Below are positions 7,979-11,224 of a stretch of 11,224 nucleotides of DNA, piece after piece (positions within the stretch are counted from its first letter, which is position 1; every line of letters begins with the position of its first letter). The notes beneath the pieces are model-generated. The model worked only from the letters and a program-made list of their open reading frames with translations. It ran no database searches and was not told the DNA's origin. Origin of the DNA: a virus (Duplodnaviria > Heunggongvirae > Uroviricota > Caudoviricetes); the IMG/VR virus record IMGVR_UViG_2541047682_000007; one strand, 5' to 3'. The position numbers and the translations under genes are program-made.

Positions 7979-8361
7979 TGGCACATTCGATTACAGTAAG
8001 ACTAAACAAACCCGCAAGAGAGTTTCAGGGCGGGGAAAATATCGGATTCAACATCCGTGCTGGCGTTCAGTATTACGATCGCCAGACAAAAAAGAAAGAA
8101 TGGACAAACTACAGCGCCGTTGTATTTGCCAAGCCGGGAGCGCAAGCGGATTACTATCGTAGCGTTCTGGTTGAAGGAGGCATTGTAGAAATTACCGGAG
8201 AAAACATCAGGGTTGATGTTTATCAGGGGCAAAATGGTCAATCAATCACTCTTGAATTACTGAATGCAAAGATTGGATTTGCAACTTCAGGAAACAGCCA
8301 ACAGCAGCAAAGTAGCAATCATCAAAATAATCCTGAATACGACGATTCCATCCCATTCTGA
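7978..8361 (+). CDS. ssb: Phage single-stranded DNA-binding protein (short SSB, 127 aa)
   Basis: ATG overlaps the erf stop (TAATG at 7976-7980). OB-fold-like core (KEWTNYSAVVFAKPGAQADYYRSVLVEGGIVEITGE, compare E. coli SSB [33 protein letters not shown]). Gln-rich linker and canonical acidic C-terminal tail ...PEYDDSIPF (E. coli SSB ends DFDDDIPF). Confidence 0.85.
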   Translation: MAHSITVRLNKPAREFQGGENIGFNIRAGVQYYDRQTKKKEWTNYSAVVFAKPGAQADYYRSVLVEGGIVEITGENIRVDVYQGQNGQSITLELLNAKIGFATSGNSQQQQSSNHQNNPEYDDSIPF

Positions 8362-8384
8362 TTTAGAAAAATAAGGATTTAATT

Positions 8385-8681
8385 ATGCCAGCGCCTTTGT
8401 ATGGTGCGGATGACCCGCGCCGCTGTTCCGGCAATTCCGTATCGGAGGTGCTGGATAAATTCAGAAAAAACTACGATCGAATAATGTCTCTACCGCAGGA
8501 AACGAAAGAGGAAAAGGAATTTCGCCACTGTATATGGCTTGCAGAGAAAGAAGAACGCGAGCGAATTTACCAGACATCAATCCGACCATTCCGCAAAGCC
8601 ACATATACCCACTTCCCTGAATATATCGACCCGCGCCTGCGTAATTACCGCTCACGCTATGGCGCTATCAGTAATGACTGA
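8385..8681 (+). CDS. Hypothetical protein (98 aa), Ea-region
   Basis: ATG at 8385 with AAGGA 7 nt upstream. Same strand and operon context as erf-ssb. No recognisable motif. Confidence 0.55.
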   Translation: MPAPLYGADDPRRCSGNSVSEVLDKFRKNYDRIMSLPQETKEEKEFRHCIWLAEKEERERIYQTSIRPFRKATYTHFPEYIDPRLRNYRSRYGAISND

Positions 8682-8775
8682 GGAATTTACCATGAGAGGA
8701 CTTGCTTAAGAGAAAGAGTTTCGGTTCTGTTAATGACAACAAATATCTGAATGCGATGTGGCGGAGTGGGAAGAA

Positions 8776-9294
8776 ATGAAACAAATGTCACTAATTGAGA
8801 TGGATGGTTTTCTGAAAGGTAAATGCATCCCAAGTGATTTAAAGGTTAACGAAACAAACGCTGAATACCTTGTCCGTAAGTTCGGTGAACTTGAATCAAA
8901 ACTGGAAACGGCGTTGCGGGAGTGTAGTTCTGCTGGAATCACGATTGATAACCTTGAGGCTAAATGCGCGAAGATGGCTGCTGAAAATACCTCACTTAAG
9001 CAATCTGAGAAGGAATTTAATGACTTTTGTCGTGAGGAGTTTAGCGAATGGGAAGATGATGTTACTGAAACCCCAGCCACCGATGCTTTTCTGGCTGAAG
9101 TGCGGGCGCAGGGGGTGGATGCTGCTATAGAAGCTGCAAAAAATCTGGTGGCCCAAGAATATGAGTATAAGGATTTCAAAGCGGCGCAGAGTGATTGCTG
9201 TATGCACCCTGGTTCAGACCTGGTAGGGAAGGTTGAAATGACTGAGTGGTTAGTTGACTTTGCTGCCCAGCTTCGCAAAGGAGGCAACCAGTGA
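8776..9294 (+). CDS. Ead/Ea22-like acidic protein (about 172 aa; start uncertain, GTG 8758 or ATG 8776)
   Basis: Long acidic ORF in the Ea region, with GGAG 9 nt upstream of ATG 8776. The family assignment is from general resemblance to lambdoid Ea22-type proteins and is tentative. Confidence 0.55.
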   Translation: MKQMSLIEMDGFLKGKCIPSDLKVNETNAEYLVRKFGELESKLETALRECSSAGITIDNLEAKCAKMAAENTSLKQSEKEFNDFCREEFSEWEDDVTETPATDAFLAEVRAQGVDAAIEAAKNLVAQEYEYKDFKAAQSDCCMHPGSDLVGKVEMTEWLVDFAAQLRKGGNQ

Positions 9295-9590
9295 CTGTAT
9301 GTCTTATTGATAAACGTCGACGTGGGCAACAAATACCATCTGTTGAAATGCCGAATCACACATGGTTTTGCGTACTTGATATCGATGGTATGGATACGTT
9401 GGTTGACACTCGTCATTACTGCGATACCGCAACAGCTACTCCGGCGAAAGCAAAGAAAATGGCTGCTCTGATAGAAAACTGGACTCCACCTGATGGTTGG
9501 TGCAATGGGAATGATCGAGATTGGCACGAAAAAATGAAGGGCTATATCTGCGATTTTTTACGTAAATGCAACGGCTTCAGGGGGATGTGA
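9291..9590 (+). CDS. Hypothetical Cys-containing protein (99 aa), GTG start overlapping upstream stop (GTGA)
   Basis: Strong RBS AAAGGAGG 6 nt upstream of GTG 9291. Start overlaps the stop of the preceding ORF, suggesting translational coupling. Confidence 0.5.
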   Translation: MTVCLIDKRRRGQQIPSVEMPNHTWFCVLDIDGMDTLVDTRHYCDTATATPAKAKKMAALIENWTPPDGWCNGNDRDWHEKMKGYICDFLRKCNGFRGM

Positions 9591-9591
9591 T

Positions 9592-10164
9592 ATGACCAAA
9601 ATTAACTATCAGGCACTGCGTGAGGCGGCAGAACGTGCAATTCCGGCAATGGAACGCCTGTTAATGTTGCCAGTTGATGATGATTTGTTAAGTGAACAGG
9701 AACTTAAGGATTACGGTGTGGATATTGATGCGCTCAACGCCTTCAAATTTCTGACCGGACCAGAAACCGTGCTGGCGCTGCTGGATGAACGGGAAAGAAA
9801 CCAGCAATACATCAAACGCCGCGACCAGGAGAACGAGGAAATTGCGCTAACGGTAGGGAAGCTGCGCGTTGAGCTGGAAGCTGCAGAGAAGCGCATTGCA
9901 GAACTGGAAGCCGAACCTGTAAGCCAAACTTACAAGTTGAACGAGCTGTCGGGCAACTATCCGGTAACTCCGGATGGTTGGATAAGCTGTAGTGAGCGAA
10001 TGCCCGCTCAAGATGATTGGATTTTAATTTATTCAAAGCACGGCGAGTATATGGCAGGACAGGTACAAGGGGAATACGTGGAGTTGAGCGACGGCACTTT
10101 ATCGTGGTTAGGGAACGCCTTGTACTGGATGCCTCTACCGGAACCGCCGCAGGAGGTTAATTGA
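9592..10164 (+). CDS. DUF551-type / Ea22-like prophage protein (190 aa) with central coiled-coil
   Basis: N-terminal MTKINYQALREAAERA... and C-terminal TPDGWISCSERMPAQDDWILIY...LYWMPLPEPP resemble the DUF551 C-terminal domain common in lambdoid early-left regions. Coiled-coil segment KLRVELEAAEKRIAELEAE. ATG 2 nt after the upstream stop. Confidence 0.7.
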   Translation: MTKINYQALREAAERAIPAMERLLMLPVDDDLLSEQELKDYGVDIDALNAFKFLTGPETVLALLDERERNQQYIKRRDQENEEIALTVGKLRVELEAAEKRIAELEAEPVSQTYKLNELSGNYPVTPDGWISCSERMPAQDDWILIYSKHGEYMAGQVQGEYVELSDGTLSWLGNALYWMPLPEPPQEVN

Positions 10165-10358
10165 TGGTCTCCTTCGCGAAATATACGATTATTGACTGGA
10201 TAGCATTCATTCAGGTTTTGCTCATCTGGTTTTATATGGCTTACAGGAGTGGACAGTGGATTGTCAGTGTAGCCTGTAGCAATGGATGGCGTTGGTGGAA
10301 CCGAAAGAATAAAAAAAGCGCTGGCCTTGGCTTCGTTTTACGAAGCATTCAATCTTAA
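10164..10358 (+). CDS. Small hydrophobic (predicted membrane) protein, 64 aa
   Basis: ATG at 10164 overlaps the upstream stop (TGATG) and is preceded by AGGAGG with a 7-nt spacer. Hydrophobic helix IIDWIAFIQVLLIWFYMAY followed by a basic W/R/K-rich tail. Confidence 0.45.
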   Translation: MVSFAKYTIIDWIAFIQVLLIWFYMAYRSGQWIVSVACSNGWRWWNRKNKKSAGLGFVLRSIQS

Positions 10359-10441
10359 CAGTCTTCAGCCTGGTTCTGTCGTTGTAGTCACCACTCAAAG
10401 CGGCATGACGATACAAATTCACAAGCCAAAGGAGGAAGGTC

Positions 10442-10726
10442 GTGGCTAACCTGCAACTTGCCGTTAAAGGTGAATACTTCGATGCCATGATTCGCGGAGA
10501 GAAAACGGAAGAGTATCGCCTGTGTAATGACTACTGGAATAAGCGAATTATGTTCCGCGAGTATGACCGCCTGATTATCACAAAGGGATATCCGAAGCGC
10601 GACGATTCCAGCCGCAGAATTGACGTCCCGTATGACGGATATGAAATCAAGACAATCACACATCCGCACTTCGGCGATAAACCGGTAAAGGTGTTCGCTA
10701 TAAAGGTGAATATCGACAATGAATGA
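10442..10726 (+). CDS. ASCH/PUA-like domain protein (94 aa), GTG start
   Basis: GTG at 10442 preceded by AAGGAGGAAGG. Motif ...GEKTEEYR... resembles the ASCH-domain signature (GxKTxExR) seen in small phage proteins. Assignment is tentative. Confidence 0.55.
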   Translation: MANLQLAVKGEYFDAMIRGEKTEEYRLCNDYWNKRIMFREYDRLIITKGYPKRDDSSRRIDVPYDGYEIKTITHPHFGDKPVKVFAIKVNIDNE

Positions 10727-10798
10727 TAATCCTCGCACTCGCGGGGATTTCTTTTATCTGAACTCGCTACGGCGGGTTTTGTTTTATGGAGATGATAA

Positions 10799-10966
10799 AT
10801 GCACTTCCGAGTCACAGGTGAATGGAATGGAGAGCCATTCAACAGAGTTATCGAAGCAGAGAACATCAACGACTGCTATGACCACTGGATGCTGTGGGCG
10901 CAGATAGCACATGCAGACGTAACTAATATTCGAATTGAAGAACTGAAAGAACACCAAGCCGCCTGA
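10799..10966 (+). CDS. Hypothetical small protein (55 aa)
   Basis: ATG at 10799 with GGAG 7 nt upstream. Product MHFRVTGEWNGEPFNRVIEAENINDCYDHWMLWAQIAHADVTNIRIEELKEHQAA. Stop codon lies in the loop of a terminator hairpin. Below the ORF-track cutoff. Preferred over the overlapping track ORF 10719..10907. Confidence 0.4.
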   Translation: MHFRVTGEWNGEPFNRVIEAENINDCYDHWMLWAQIAHADVTNIRIEELKEHQAA

Positions 10967-10978
10967 TGGCGGTTTTTT
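10956..10978 (+). terminator. Rho-independent terminator at the end of the Ea gene cluster
   Basis: CCGCC-tgat-GGCGG stem-loop (10959-10972) followed by TTTTTTATT. Confidence 0.6.
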
Positions 10979-11023
10979 ATTGCCTGATTTGCAGGTTCGA
11001 TTCCCTATTCGGAGATAGCACTC

Positions 11024-11224
11024 ATGCAACACGAACTACAACCTGATTCACTGGTTGATTTGAAATTCATCATGGCCGATACTGGCTTCGGTAAAACCTT
11101 CATCTATGACCGGATTAAGTCCGGCGACCTGCCAAAAGCCAAAGTTATCCACGGGCGAGCAAGATGGTTATATCGTGACCATTGTGAATTCAAAAATAAG
11201 CTCTTAAGCCGCGCCAATGGGTAA
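11024..11224 (+). CDS. xis: Excisionase / AlpA-family DNA-binding protein (Xis), 66 aa
   Basis: GGAG 9 nt upstream of ATG 11024. Product carries an AlpA/Xis-like pattern (FIMADTGFGKTFIYDRIKSGDLPKAKVIHGRARWLYRD..., compare the typical ...TGLSRSTIYRLIKEGKFPKP...GRSVRW...). Lies at the distal end of the early-left operon, where xis precedes int in P22-like prophages. Confidence 0.65.
   Translation: MQHELQPDSLVDLKFIMADTGFGKTFIYDRIKSGDLPKAKVIHGRARWLYRDHCEFKNKLLSRANG

Noticed and set aside
7523-8241. ORFs overlapping erf and ssb (7523..7786 minus, 7590..7820 plus, 7888 start, 8002..8241 minus)
   Set aside because: They overlap confidently identified erf and ssb coding sequences in other frames or on the other strand.
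8730-9527. 265-aa minus-strand ORF antisense to the Ea genes, with nested 8461..8655, 8870..9130 and 8992..9207
   Set aside because: Ser/Cys-rich low-complexity translation, antisense to a coupled plus-strand operon with strong RBSs; typical spurious antisense ORF.
9711-11032. Minus-strand ORFs 9711..9896, 9812..10036, 10264..10488, 10388..10738, 10531..10869, 10784..11032 and plus-strand 10719..10907
   Set aside because: They are antisense to or frame-shifted against better-supported plus-strand genes. 10719..10907 has no RBS and an S/T/R-rich tail, whereas the overlapping 10799..10966 has an RBS and ends in a terminator.

Overview
This window reads as a P22-like (CUS-3-type) prophage segment from an Escherichia coli K1-type host, and it looks like a deletion remnant rather than an intact prophage. 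All calls are from reading the sequence and the supplied ORF track; no database search was run. On the minus strand, left to right in window coordinates: the 5' end of neuO with its phase-variable heptanucleotide repeat array (1-102), an endosialidase tailspike (256-3201), antirepressor Ant (3302-4204) and Arc (4437-4589). Divergently on the plus strand: Mnt (4704-4952), translationally coupled to a ClpP-like serine peptidase (4952-5488). A complete 1250-bp IS911 (5696-6945) follows, and directly beyond it lie early-left-operon genes: small ORFs, Erf (7373-7978), a short SSB (7978-8361), several Ea-region genes and an AlpA-type excisionase (11024-11224). No head, tail, lysis, replication or c2/cro immunity genes separate the immI region from erf. 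The most unusual element is the Mnt-coupled ClpP-like peptidase, which has no counterpart in canonical P22 immI. Other points worth a second look are a Sar-like antisense RNA candidate opposite the ant start and a 13-bp inverted repeat in the arc/mnt control region.
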